Shown one piece after another: positions 10,979 through 23,124 of a DNA stretch of 64,000 nt. A program made the position numbers and the translations under genes. The first letter of the stretch is position 1. Every line of letters begins with the position of its first letter. Origin of the DNA: Paramoeba atlantica (lineage: Eukaryota; Protista; Discosea). Under the pieces are notes generated by a model. The model did not search any database, was not told the DNA's origin, and saw only the letters and a program-made list of their open reading frames with translations. Location of the stretch: positions 135,003 to 199,002 of the forward strand of contig CDRNVI010000058.1 of assembly GCA_977017575.1 (NCBI GenBank). Reading direction: 5' to 3'.

Positions 10979-12382
10979 GTGTGTAAACACAGTTCGTGTG
11001 GACAATATGGCCTATTAGGCGAACATCTCAGCGTCAACGTCATAGAAATCGGATTCAGAAAACTCAACGAGCGGAAACCAAAGCACCCTAGCGGCGACGG
11101 GAGCGGAAAAAGCGGCCATCCGGAATCAGTAAACTCCGATACTCACGCAAACTCGCCGTCGACAAAAGGGAATCATGGCTGTGGAACCGAGACATTTCCG
11201 GATCCAAAGGATCTACGATTGAAGGGATACAAATGGGTTGAAAATGGGTATGTTCGTGACCCCTACGCTTTCGATGTTTTTTCGGACGAACCAATCTTCC
11301 TGACGGCTGAGCAAGTCTACTTTTTCGAGTGTGATAGTCCAGAAATTCACATCAAAGAGTTGGAGACGGAGTTATCTCCGAATCCCCGACGCGTAGAATT
11401 CTCGACTCCATTCGACGAAAGTCGGAACGCGACCGAAGTGACTGGAAACGCAAGTAACAGACTCTCGATGTCAAACGGAAATTCACAAGTCCTCTCCCAT
11501 TCCCCTTCGAACCACCCGCAGAACTCTTATTGGATAAGGTGTCGGAAGTTAAATTCCATGGATCAACGCAGTTGAAGACGGAGGTTTTAGAACAAGAAAT
11601 CTGATACGTGAGTTGCGGGATGCACCAGAATTTGGCTTACGCCCCAATTTGTATTTTTCGGATCGATCATTTGTCAAACAGAAAGAGCGTTTTTTGATAC
11701 ACTTTTCTGCAAGTGGATTTTATTTGCACCTGTGACGCAAGGATGGGACCAAGAAGTGTACCTTGAAATGGGAGCTTGCAGCACTCCGCAAAGATCAAGT
11801 TGCTAAATGCGAGTTTGGACGGATTCAGGTGGACGAGACGTTTATCGGAAAGCGGAAATACAACCGGGGACGACCTCAGCGTAAACGAGGGTGGTGGTTT
11901 GCGACAGTGACGGAGTCCAGAGGGACAGGTAAGACTGGGCGGACGCACTGGAAATTAGTGAAGCGCCGTGACAAACCCACGCTACACGGCTTCATTATAC
12001 CCCACTTGGCAAGTGCGCGTTCTGTCCTGGTCAGCGATTGTTAGGGAGCCTACAATGGCCTCGACCAAGTGTGCCCACATTACTCCGTCACAGTAAGGAA
12101 TTTGTGAATGAAAGAGGGTACCATACGAATGGTGCCGAGAGCGTACACAATACAATCAAGTATTGGGCGCGCTTGCAACACTACAACTTCGGGGCGACTA
12201 GTTTGGAGTTGCGCTGCAACGTTGCATGCGTCATGTATGGCGACACGCATGATGGTCGGGAAGTCTCACGGCAGAATCGCTTTGCCAATCTCTTGGAATG
12301 TATTCGTGAGCACTTTACATTCCCTCCCGAAGAGTCTGATGAAGTCAGCTGCGACAGTTGCGCGTCTGAGTATGATGAGTAA
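10979..12382 (+). mobile_element. Merlin (IS1595/ISXO2-like) DNA transposon, degenerate
   Basis: IQVDETFIGKRKYNRGR, HWKLVKRRDKPTL, LVSDC*GAY (TAG at conserved Trp), HTNGAESVHNTIK; split over frames; ends not resolved. Confidence 0.88.
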
Positions 12383-12477
12383 TACGTAAAATTCGGAACG
12401 TCTGTACATATTTCTTTTTTTCTCCAATACTCTGTACGTATGCGTTTATGCTTAGTTTACAAAAAAAAAAAAAGACC

Positions 12478-13130
12478 TACGTGGCTTCAGTTTCCTTTGC
12501 CGCGCCTAAAGACGGTTGGAACCCGATGGAAGCACCAGGCTTTAAGGCTGCAGTGCGAGACGTTAACAGGAAAGCAGGGGCCGGCTTATCAACACGGAGA
12601 CAGGAAAATTCATCAGCCCACCCCCTGCCCCGAGAGGACGTCCTTCCAACCCGTCTTTCCCTCCAAAGCTCAACTCTTCCGCTCACGCCACTTCCGACAC
12701 CTTCGGACAGCCTGCTCACCCCGACCTGGAAATTGACCTAGACGTCGACCCACGGGACTGGGATGAACGCTCGATTCCGCATCAGGAAACCATCGTACAC
12801 ACAATTGCCGAACATAAATTCCGTCTTGCCTACAATGCTGCGGATACGAGAACGCGCACTCGATGGACGTCACAATCCGGGAAAGGGGCGAGTAGTTGAG
12901 CATTCGTAACGCCACCCCAAGACATTTCCCCTTCACTCCTTCAGAATTCCTGAAGCTGCCACCATCTCTGGTGCGATGGTGGCTCGGGGAGAATATTTAC
13001 GTCGAAACACCCCCTTGCCCTGCCCTGGAGGTGCTCCCTTCCGTTGAGCCTTAACGGCGATCACGCCCTAATGTGTAATCACGGCCAGACAACGCTACCA
13101 CAGCCAGACACAACGCCCTCGTTGAAAAAC
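12478..13130 (+). mobile_element. CRE-clade non-LTR retrotransposon fragment (post-RT linker and zinc knuckle)
   Basis: Translates as homologue of 53670-54360 (YVASVSFAA, RTRTRWTSQSGKGA, RWWLG, DHALMCNHG, RHNAL). Confidence 0.8.
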
Positions 13131-13437
13131 AGCTCGCACCATCTTTTATTTTAAGACCATCTTCTATATTTTAAGACTATCTTTTATTTTAATTTGTTTT
13201 AAAATATTATGGCGGATGCTTCCGGAACGTGTAAGGGGACAGGCTTTTGAAACCCTTACACGGACCAAGCGTGGTCGGGGGGTCATCTTTCGCTCACCCG
13301 AGCGGGAGGGGTCTGCTAAACTCCGGCAGAGGGCGGTGCGGGCGCTCTGTAAGATAGTCCGCGTTGGGGCTCATCTTCGCGTCGCGTGGAGACACGACAA
13401 CTGTTGCGAGACTTTGTAGGTTTGGGAGGGCGAAGTC

Positions 13438-14370
13438 GTGTGTGAGGGGCCGGCTTATCTCAAAAGCGTAGGCGGGCATACTCAGGGGGGATCCTCGGTA
13501 ACTCGAGGTGAACCTTTGGCCGGTGCATTTCGTGTTCGGTACGTGGCGAGGCCGCACACGACTCTCCCCTTTCCCCCCTTACCGAATACAGGTGTCGTGC
13601 TCTGCGCGGTGCAGGTGAGCAACCCGGCAAAGGCAAAACGAAGGAGCTCCCGTCACCGCCCTCGGTCACACTGGGCGTCGCGTGGCACACACGCCCAACG
13701 AGATTCGGAGAACCTCAAAGGTTCCGCTGCGAAGGAGGACACAACCGTTGCAACACTTAACGTTACGACGTTAAAACTCGAGGGGGAAGATGAACTCTCT
13801 CTTCGAAGATGCAGCCGTTTGAACCAGGTGCTTGCTTTCATGCACGTAAAGGGGGTTGGCATCATGTGCCTTCAGGAGACCAAATACAATTTCTCGAACG
13901 AAGGCCATGAGGATGGAATCCTCTATAGGCAGGTTGAAAACCTAGGGGAGCGTTTTCATTTGTATTTGCTGTCGGTCGCCGCACGCGATTCATATAATGG
14001 CATGGCCATTGTTAGCCGACATGCGTTTCGGAAGGTTTGGATGGTGAGCAATAGGGTGATGGGAGCTGAGTGTCCCCTGGAGGAGGGGACCGGCACTTTG
14101 TTTAATGTCTACATTGATGTATGCCCCTATACGGGACTCCTCAGAAGCCGTTCATGCGGCATTTCTGGGTGACTTGGACAAGGCGTGTCGTGAGGTCAAG
14201 GCAGAACGGAAACGCAGACCTTTATTGGTCATGGGGGACTTCAATGTACCGATAACGCTCGTGACAAATCCGAGCATGGATCCCCAAGCGGTCTCTCAGC
14301 TGAAAGGCCTCTTATGCTCCATCGGCTGCAAGTCAGCACACACCCTCTGCCCGAGCAGGAGAAAATGGAC
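13438..14370 (+). mobile_element. AP-endonuclease (EEP) domain fragment of a LINE
   Basis: VATLNVTTL, IMCLQETK, YNGMAIVSR, YAP, LLVMGDFN motifs; frameshifted; no RT follows. Confidence 0.8.
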
Positions 14371-14544
14371 ATGTGAGTTGCCGGGCAGGAGGGCGGAGAC
14401 AAAGGACCGTCGCAACGTGGGAACAGAGAGGGTAAGGCAGGAGGGGGAAGAAGGAAAGGTGGAACTGGGAAGGAAGGGTTCAGAGCCAGAGGGGACGGAT
14501 AACAGTGGTATGGTGAAGAGGGGCAGAGAAGGAGGAGAGGAAAA

Positions 14545-14935
14545 TGGGGACAAGGTACTTGATTTCGAGGTCACCCACGCCCAGCAATCCAAATACTCGG
14601 ACAAAGTCCGTAACGCTAGCTCGGTGGCCGCGGGGTCATTTGCCGAGCACTACGCCACGGAGCACAAGGAGCGACAACGAAGAGTCTGTAGGCACTGTCC
14701 CGAACTTCGCTGCCATGGCTGTTGAGAGCAACGGTTCGTGGAGCGTTAGCGTGGCAGCTAACGTGGAATGCTTCGATGGGTTGGCAAAAGGAGGGCCCAA
14801 GCCTCCCAAGATACCCTGACCGAGGAAGCGGCAACGAATAAACTCTATCTAGAGCTGAACGTGACCCTTGTGCGAGCCCAAGCTCGGATGATGGTCACCC
14901 GTATGTCTGTTTCCGACCCATGCGCCCCAATCACT
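14545..14935 (+). mobile_element. CRE-clade retrotransposon 3' fragment (restriction-like endonuclease end)
   Basis: VLDFEVTHAQQSKYSDKVRNASSVAAGSFAEHY is nearly identical to 54500-54600. Confidence 0.82.
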
Positions 14936-15466
14936 GATGATTAGGGCTCCGGACGATCTAGAGTGTTGATCGGGCGGGCAGCCCCTATTCTCACGCCTCA
15001 CCTTCGCAGGTGAGGCGCAGGTTGCTGATGTGAATCCTATCTTGGAACGCTCCTACGCCTGCGCAGGAAACGGAAGCTCTTCGCGCGGCGCTCAACATAT
15101 TCGCCGCAACTGAAGAGAAGAGTTCGCCGCACTTGCAGCGGAGTGATTTTAGTAGCCCAGAAGCATCACGTTGAGCATCTTGCAGCGCATCATAGCATGT
15201 TCTGGGAAGGCATAATGTGGTTAGCGGAGCTCTTCTACTCAAGCTAGCAGGCTTCACCCGTCTGCGAAAGGCTTCGATCGTCGCTCTTCTCAAAGCAAAC
15301 CAGATCTCACATTTGAAAAGAAAAGCGACTAAACAAAGAAGTGTATTTGCCAAGACAGGCTGGCTTTTCAGAAGAGGTGTAGAATGCTTTTTTTCTAAGC
15401 AGTTGCGCAATTACATTCGAAAGTAGTAGATATGTCATTCCTCCAATCAAAGCGATTTATTGAATT

Positions 15467-16189
15467 TCAATAGATTTGATTGACCACATCATCAAAATTT
15501 ATTGAGCTTACTATAAATTTATCAAGATTGCCTGCAAAGTGTTCTGTACTACGCAGACCAGGAAGAAACCTTTCAGAGCTTAAAGTAGATCTGTGCCTTC
15601 GTAAGGTAAGTGCTTCGAAATTTTCTTTTCGAATACCAGGATAGAGATACATTGCTTGTAAGGCTGGAGAGCGAGACACGGGTGAAGGATGGCTTGTTTG
15701 GTCTGTACTAATTTGAAGATCTTTAGATTTCGTGTCCGTATCAATCACACTTGACGTGGTACTAGACGTGGTACGAGAAGCGGGAATAATAGTGTCTATT
15801 GCGTTGAGTTCAGATCTATCGTCGTCTTCAATTTGAGCCTCTGATAACAGTGGCAACTGCGCTTCAGATCGTTGAAGATATTTTTTATTTAACTCAGAGA
15901 AAAGTTGGCAGCGAAATTCCTTCATCCGCTGATCTATAGCTTTTAACAAACAGGAGTGATCAATTTCTGTTTCACAACTCTTAGCTTGCGAGGAAGAGCC
16001 AGAGTTCAAGCCAGAATATTCTCTATTCTCATAAGAGTTCTCACAAGAATTTTCCGAACGTACAAGTCCATTCGAATCGTTCGACCACGTGTTTTCAGTA
16101 GAGAGCTTATCTTGTAGCTCAAATTTTTGCTTGTCAATGCCTTGCTCCATAATCATGCATGCAATAATGATAGCTTCAAAAAAAATCAA
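15467..16189 (-). CDS. Hypothetical protein (Ser-rich), possibly host gene or TE cargo
   Basis: 240-aa ORF on the strand of the gene cluster; no recognised motif. Confidence 0.35.
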   Translation of the reverse strand: MIFFEAIIIACMIMEQGIDKQKFELQDKLSTENTWSNDSNGLVRSENSCENSYENREYSGLNSGSSSQAKSCETEIDHSCLLKAIDQRMKEFRCQLFSELNKKYLQRSEAQLPLLSEAQIEDDDRSELNAIDTIIPASRTTSSTTSSVIDTDTKSKDLQISTDQTSHPSPVSRSPALQAMYLYPGIRKENFEALTLRRHRSTLSSERFLPGLRSTEHFAGNLDKFIVSSINFDDVVNQIY

Positions 16190-16454
16190 AGTTCAAGAGG
16201 CTTTCAAATTAAGAAAAATATTTACAGATCACAATCTACAAGGATTATAAATTTAGAAAAAAACGACAATTGCACTTCTATTCATTTTCCAGTTTGTCAA
16301 GTCGAGCAAAAAGATTGTCTTCTTAGATGTAGATATGGTCAGGACAGATAAAAGCTGCATACTGGTGCGCTTAAATAAAAAAATCGGGTACGTCTCTACT
16401 TCGTTGAATATTCAACGAAGTGCCGGCGCTTCGTTGAACCATTCATTTCTCCCC

Positions 16455-16790
16455 CATTTTACGCCCCAAAAGCGAGTTTGCTCAAGGAATTCTCATGGTG
16501 TTCTTCTCAACGCCTGTTCTTATGCCTTGCCAGGGAAGATTAAAGAACACCAAAGGATACTTCTTGTGGCCGACTTCGAGAAAACACAGTCTTATTCCCG
16601 GACTTACCAAAGTGTTTGGGTCCACTAGGGAACTGTGAAACTCTGGGTGGAACGATTCATGTTTTTACGATAAACTTCAGACAAAAAACAAAGATAAATT
16701 TGATAATAAGTTAAAGAACTTCAGAAAACGTTGTAGAATCATCGTAGAAAAGAAGGGTGTATATTGGACCCCATGCATACCGCCACAGCA
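16455..16790 (+). mobile_element. Internally deleted relative of the Tc1-like element at 45890-47461
   Basis: 16455-16650 resembles 46085-46290 (ccccatttta..gcc.caaaagcgagtt); 16720-16765 resembles 47155-47205 (ttcagaaa.cgttgtagaatcat.gtagaaaagaa). Confidence 0.7.
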
Positions 16791-17046
16791 AGCCAGTGTC
16801 AACTTGTGCCAGCCAGTGCAAGCCACAACGGCCCTTTTTCTAGGGGACCGGAAATGGTTGACTGGCGGAACGTGTGTTTTTTGTGGCCTGCGACTGAACA
16901 CGGGGTGATAAAATTAAAAATTCTGTGCCAGCCAGTGCCAGCCACACTTGCATGGGCTCCCACTTGCATTGTGGATCCTACACGGGTTTTAAAATAATGT
17001 TTCCTAAAAATATCTGAGATTTTTTATTATTTCTTTAAGTGGCAAT

Positions 17047-17581
17047 TTGCTTTGTTGGCCTTTTTTCCGGAACACGGAAGGGACGGTGAAATATGGGGGC
17101 GGGAGTTTGATGGTATGGGCGTGCATTGCGCACGCAGGGGTGGGCAAGATACGTCTGATTGAGGGCAATTTGAACGCCCATCAGTACGTTGAAATTCTGG
17201 ATCAGAATCTTGCCCCCTCCATTGAGCAAGTGGGCCTAGACCCCGACGAGGTCTTGTTTCAACAAGACAATGACCCGAAACACACGAGCAAGCTTGCCAA
17301 AGAGTGGTTGGCGAGCCACAGCTATGTGGTTTAGAAGTGGCCCCCGCAATCCCCAGATCTCAATCCTATTGAGAACATGTGGGGCCACTTAAAACGGCGT
17401 CTCTCTGCCTATAAGAAGGACCCAAAGGGAATGATCGAGCTTTGGGACCGGGCCAAAGTTGTGTGGGACGCACTTCCCAGTGCCCTATGCGCGTCTACTG
17501 TGAGCATGCTGCTCACACTGTGAGCATGCCTCGCCATATGAGAGCGGTGATTGCTGCGAAAGGGGGGCATACAAAGTATTA
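17047..17581 (+). mobile_element. Tc1 (DD34E) transposase C-terminal fragment, pseudogene
   Basis: TVKYGGGSLMVWAC, FQQDNDPKH, *KWPPQSPDLNPIENMW, VIAAKGGHTKY; D-E spacing of 34 counted. Confidence 0.92.
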
Positions 17582-17862
17582 GTTTTACCTTGTTTTTACC
17601 GTTTATTAATCAAGAAATAATCCATCTTTTTATCAAAAAATCTTCACTTGAAAAAAGTGTAAAAAATGTCTCAATAATATTTTTCACTCAAAGGTGTTAC
17701 GGGTCCTCGTGGAAGCTGCTGCATAGGTAACGGCCCTCATAGTCAGTGTGCTGGTACATACCCCTACATAACCCCCATATACTATGATAACTATTCGTCT
17801 TTCATTTCAAAGATAATCACTCAACAAAATATTTTTTCATAACATTGAGACATTTTTTAACG

Positions 17863-19067
17863 TCACTGTACCTTTGAGTCATCACTGTTTTCAGAAAAGC
17901 TACAAAAACTATCACTGACGTCATTCATGCGATCATCCATGTCTTCACATACATAAAAATTGCGAATACACTCCAGAATGTTGAAGCGGATTTGCCAGGA
18001 TTCTTTCCGCTCAGTTTTTCCGAATCCGAATTTCACGCACTGCAATGCCGCATTACGGCGCAAATCCATGGATGATATTCCGTGATTATATAATGCTGCT
18101 GCTTGATCCAGTGTTTGATCGTCCGATGAGCGGCTTCCGCGTGATTGGTGTGATGGCCCTTCAAAGTCACGAATTCCTTACTTTGATTTACAGTAAAATG
18201 TCTGCAGTATTCCCCCAAGTTTATGTAGCCACGCCACTCATCGGTTACCACCACAGATCACGCGCTCGTTAAATGTGGGGTAATGAAGTTCAGAAGCGTA
18301 TGCTGGTCCCTTCGTTTGACGAGTTTCCAATGGGTTCTCCCCATTTTACGTTCATCTATCTCTGTGACGGTGACGAACCACCATCCGACTTTTCTCACCC
18401 GCTTTCCGCGATGGTACTTTCTCTTCCCTATAAAGGTTTCATCGACTTGGAGATTTGAAAAATCGAAGTTTGCATTTTCTTGGCGAAAATATGCAGCACT
18501 GGATACCATGTGTAACAGCTTCGTAATAGTTCTCTGACGCACCCCGCGGTTACGGCTTATATTCCCGGTCGTCAAATTGTTTGCAATATCAGCCCATATG
18601 AGGAGCAGAGTAGTGAGAGTTACGCGTGTGCGGCTACTTAAATAAGGTTCGTACATGAAGGCTCTAGCTCTACAGGCATTCGCAGCCCCCTCCTCCCGAT
18701 GAGTACACTCGAAGAACCGCCAGGTATCCTTCATCTCCACCATAAACTCTCCCCCGTGGCGTTTGCACTCTGGTGCTGTCAAAAGGCCGTGATTTTTCAT
18801 CCACACCTCCGCCGCTTCCGCCTGGGGAATGTACCTCATATTACGCCACAAGCGAATGCACGCGAAACCTTCACATCCCCGACAAACTCGATGTGCTTCA
18901 TGCGGCGGAATATGGCCTTCCGTCCATGTCGCGTGTTCGACAGCATTGTTGTTGTTGTTACGTTATTTGTATGCTTGCGTCTCGAGGTAAGCCTTAAAAC
19001 GTCTCAAAAAGGCATCCGACGTATTCCCAGTACCGTGGTCGTTGCTCATTGGAAAAAGAAACGGTAA
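17863..19067 (-). mobile_element. Merlin (ISXO2-like) DNA transposon, frameshifted
   Basis: LQVDETFIGKRKYHRGKR, HWKLVKRRDQHTL, VTDEWRGY, HTNHAEAAHRTIK. Confidence 0.9.
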
Positions 19068-19129
19068 AAGAAGAGATCAGAGATTATGACCAAACGATCA
19101 GTCAAGGAATTCACCTCGCAGAGGTGGGC

Positions 19130-19530
19130 ATCAAATACACAATCCTGCGGAAGTGGCAGACCTAGGTTCTCAGTGCGCGACCCGCGCGCTCCAGCGCGCG
19201 GGTCCCCAAAAAATATAATTATGTCCCAGGGCTACGCTCACAGTTGGGCCTTGCTCGCAAACGGGGGCTTTTGCCTCCAGAAGAGGGCTTCGCTCACAGT
19301 TGGGCTTTGCTCGCAAACGGGGGACTTTGCCTCCAGAAGTGGGCTTCGCTCACAATAGGGCGTTGCTCGAAGGCTGGGGGCTTTTGCCTCCAGAAGTGGG
19401 CTACGCGCACAGTTAGGCCTTGCCTCCAGACACGTAAACTAGGTGTCGCAGTTTAGGAAAATAAATGCATAATCCTGCGGAAGTGGATGACACAGGTTAT
19501 CAGTGTTCGCAGTTGGGCCTTGCTCGCAAA
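19130..19530 (+). repeat. GC hairpin plus ~56-bp tandem repeat module (also at 49474-49685 inverted and 56395-56640)
   Basis: gacccgcgcgctccagcgcgcgggtc hairpin followed by about 4 copies of gctcacagttgggccttgctcgcaaacgggggcttttgcctccagaagtgggc. Confidence 0.85.
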
Positions 19531-20072
19531 AAAACATGAGTACCGTTAGATCTCTACACCAAAAGTCTATTTTTGGATGCCGCTTGTGAAAACTAAAAGT
19601 GAAGACAAAGAATGAGAGAAGAAAAACAGAATTTTTATAAGCAATATCATGGCGTATTGATGCACTTCTTGAATCGAAAGGATATCGCGATCAAAAAGCC
19701 TAAATGTACGCCTTGCAAAAAAAGGAAAGGAAAAGATGTGTAGCAAATGACTTTTGTTAAAACTTTCAGTGAACATTATGAACGATTTGCATGTAAATCT
19801 CAAATTCTTGTTTTCACAAACCGTTTTTTTTAGAGTTTTAAAACAGGCTAAAACCCTAGGAACGAATAGATTTCAAAATGAGCGAAAGAGTGGTGCTGCA
19901 ACCCCCATGGATTCGCGCGGGGGAAAACAAAGGGGGTGCCTTATTCTTATCGAGGGGTTTTATACGAGAACATTTTTGCCATTATTTATGATACACTTAT
20001 AGAGCAGAGATTGTTTTCATCTTGGTGGAGGAAAAGAAACTCGCGCGCAGAACGCGCGGTACCGTTTAAATA

Positions 20073-20811
20073 CAGGGTTGTAAATTTGGATGTGGGGGGG
20101 TCTAAAATTTGTAAAACTTGGCCAATTTTGAAAAATAATAGCGCATTCGAGAGCTCTCGAACAGGGCTCATGAACGTAACAAGGCCGAACTAGGCACAAG
20201 GGGGCATTGCCCCCTAGACAAAGAGCCCCGAAACGCTATTTGTAACTTTCTAAAATAATGCTAAATGTAAAAAATATATATTAATAATTGCTATTATCGT
20301 CGATTAATCTCAATCACAATACAGCATCGCCTTCGAAAGCTCTTCACGGCATTTTCAGGGGCCTTGAAACGCTGCTTCGATCGCAATGATCAAATCTGCA
20401 CAATTCCGAGGGGCTCAACCATTTTTGGAGTCGCCCACTATGGAACATGAATTTTTAGCGCGAAAAAGATTGTGTTGTTTCGTAATCGGCAACAAGAACC
20501 ATGCACCAGCTTGCTTTTACGTGCTCAGGCGAAGAATAAACACTTTCGTAGTTTTTGTGTTCGGGTGATCGCCCGCAACCCCGTCTTTGTAGCATGAATC
20601 AGGGGAGAAATCAGAAAAACTGTGAAAAATGCAAGAATTTGCCTCCCAAAAAACTAAGTTTTTTTACGTGCACTCGAAAATCTAATTAACGCAGATGCCG
20701 TGCGTGCACGTTCATGAGCCCTGTTCGAGAGCTCTCGAATGCGCTATTATTTTCCAAAATTGGCCAAGTTTTACGAATTTTAGACCCCCCACATCCAAAT
20801 TTACACCCCTG
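20073..20811. mobile_element. Non-autonomous Tc1-type element (MITE) with ~105-bp TIRs and TA TSD
   Basis: TA|cagggttgtaaatttggatgtggggggg...ccccccacatccaaatttacacccctg|TA; TIRs related to element 45890-47461. Confidence 0.9.
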
Positions 20812-21186
20812 TATGTGGCACGCGATTTTGAAGCCGCGAGTAAAAATGGATAAAAAAAATGTAATTTCCTTCGGCCGCGTACCATAAAGTGTAAGTTCGA
20901 GATTTTAGACCTCAGGTGAGCTCAGGGAGGGGAGTCTGTCGTGATGCGCTTAAACGAAGGAAGGATGACAATTCACCTGCAGACGTATTTAGTTACGGAT
21001 AATTTATCTGAAGCCAAATCTGAATTCAACAAATCGTTGTATGTTATCCGCGAATAAATAACATTGTATAAATAAATCGGCCGCTGTAACCTTTTTTGAC
21101 AAGAGTTCTCGATACTTTCAGAATAGAAGAATATAATGCCTAAAATGATTGCATGGACACGGCCATAAGCCTACTTCGTAGAAGTT

Positions 21187-23124
21187 TTATCGAGAAAGAA
21201 AGAGAACTTGCTCCACGTGAGGCGTATGGGGAAAAAGATCCACTGCCAAGGAGAGCTGAGGCGTAAAAGGGGTATTGGGATACTTCTTTGTGGGTCGTTT
21301 CATCAGATCCGTCGCATCCCGAATAAGGGCATTTTGGTTGCATGAGACGTACACAATTTGCGTAATTGATCTCATTGAACGTAACCATCGCACCATATTC
21401 CCATGTAGTCCTTCTCGAGGCGGATCGACGAGCGCTACCACAGAGGCAGAGTTCATCGAGCGCTCGCTTGACTCTGCGGAATCTTTTGACGTAGTTATGT
21501 TTTCGCCCGACTCTATCTTTGGTAAAACTCGTGCTCTCTTCTCTTGCACAGACGATAGCGTCTTCGTGATTTCCGTTAACAAATTCTCTACTTTACCCTC
21601 TAAATAGGATACATTTTGGGCATTCTGGGCCTGTGTATTTCGCTTTGCATCTTGGACCGCATCATGCACCGCTTCCACGCCTATTACCCAATGCACTTGG
21701 GAGCGCAGAAACAAACCCAAGAGTCCAGTGCCACAGCACAGATCTAACAGTATGGTGTCGCTTGAGAGCTTTGCGTGTTGTTTAATTTGTCGTAACAACG
21801 CTTCGGAGGCTTTCGTGTTGACTTGGAAAAAAGACCCAGGGCTGATTAAAAACGGGATGCCGTCCATTCGCTCTTCCAAATGCGAAGGACCGAAGAGTAA
21901 TTTGAAAGGCAAATCCCAAGGGGCGGCGTTGCTGACCCCATCGTGTTCCTGCCAAAAAATACATCGAACGCCGGAGGAGAATTCGTCGAGCAGACTTTGG
22001 TACAGTTTTTCTCGAGTGTGTGTGTAAGATAACTCTGTGCTATGGTTTGCATCATCCGAATTGTTTGAGTCCTTTTCTTTTTCATTTGAATCCGGAAACC
22101 GTGTTGTCTGTACAATCATCATCGTTTCCCCTTTTTGGTTCATCCGCACGCTGAGTCTTCTCCAGAATCCACAATGAAGACTCTTGTCATAACTCCTAAA
22201 AAGAGAAGCACAGCGATTGTACCAAAGTTGAACCCACTTCTCAAATCGTTGAGCGATTAAGATCGCGATTTGAGGCGTACAAGGACAGTACTCGGGTGAG
22301 GATACAGCAAAGTGCCCATCTTTAACAGCTCCGAGATTAAACCCGACTCGAGGGAGAGAGGACATGTGATCTCCTTCCTCTTTTTCACACCCCAGGCCAA
22401 TAGTAAAATCGACGCGGTTCCGATACCCGTAGAGCTCAGGAGAGGGGGAGAGACCTGCAAAAGGAATTGCTGGAGGCAATTCGATAGATGAAGAGAAATT
22501 GGAAAATCCAGAAAGTGCTCTGCGATCAGCTTGATAGACCTCGTGACGTATTTTTTCAAGAACCTCCGAGCAGTGTTTGGTCTTCTTTTCAAGCTGAGAT
22601 TCGTAGGAGAGGGCTGTCCAGGGAGCAGTGCTGGAGGATGGGTTCGTTTTACGATTAACGTCGCCTTTAGAGCATGAATTCTCCATTTCAGATAAAGCTA
22701 ATTCCGTTTTTGGACGAGATTCTTTGTCTCTTTTTCGTTTTAGATTTCTGTCTATTGGATCTTCCATATCACCAACAAACACAGGAGTTTCTTTCCATGA
22801 GGTGCCTTTGTGCTTTATTGCACATAAAATTTGACTGGCTGTATTTTTTGCAAGTTCCGAATCGAAAGAAAGAAATAAGTAGCTACTGTTGGGACTCTTT
22901 CCAACACGAGTGCAGCCAGTGAAATAAGACTTTAAGGGGAAATTGCTCTTTTCTTGTTCTTGTTGATCCATCCTAGGTACCTTTTTTTCGAGAATACGTT
23001 TGATATCGCTTTGCGTAAATCGGTGGGACCCAACGAAGATTTTCAATAAATAATCATTTGTGCGTCGGTGAATCAGTGACTCGTTCGGAGTGTTGTGTGA
23101 ATTCGGACTTGTTTCACTCTCCAT
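21187..23124 (-). CDS. TRM2: tRNA (uracil-5)-methyltransferase, TrmA/TRM2 family
   Basis: YGYRNRVDF, ISPGSFFQVNT, LLDLCCGTGLLG, VIGVE, LVDPPREG, YVSCN, VDLFPHTPHVE. Confidence 0.93.
   Translation of the reverse strand: MESETSPNSHNTPNESLIHRRTNDYLLKIFVGSHRFTQSDIKRILEKKVPRMDQQEQEKSNFPLKSYFTGCTRVGKSPNSSYLFLSFDSELAKNTASQILCAIKHKGTSWKETPVFVGDMEDPIDRNLKRKRDKESRPKTELALSEMENSCSKGDVNRKTNPSSSTAPWTALSYESQLEKKTKHCSEVLEKIRHEVYQADRRALSGFSNFSSSIELPPAIPFAGLSPSPELYGYRNRVDFTIGLGCEKEEGDHMSSLPRVGFNLGAVKDGHFAVSSPEYCPCTPQIAILIAQRFEKWVQLWYNRCASLFRSYDKSLHCGFWRRLSVRMNQKGETMMIVQTTRFPDSNEKEKDSNNSDDANHSTELSYTHTREKLYQSLLDEFSSGVRCIFWQEHDGVSNAAPWDLPFKLLFGPSHLEERMDGIPFLISPGSFFQVNTKASEALLRQIKQHAKLSSDTILLDLCCGTGLLGLFLRSQVHWVIGVEAVHDAVQDAKRNTQAQNAQNVSYLEGKVENLLTEITKTLSSVQEKRARVLPKIESGENITTSKDSAESSERSMNSASVVALVDPPREGLHGNMVRWLRSMRSITQIVYVSCNQNALIRDATDLMKRPTKKYPNTPFTPQLSLAVDLFPHTPHVEQVLFLSR

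Noticed and set aside
12478-14935. Dualen/RandI-type element with both AP and REL endonucleases
   Set aside because: No RT lies between the domains. The APE piece replaces a short internal part of a CRE 3' fragment, so nesting explains it.
17660-17860. Short MITE defined by aaaaaatgtctcaat inverted repeat
   Set aside because: The IR is only ~15 bp, AT-rich and lacks a TSD; more likely part of a Tc1 or Merlin end.
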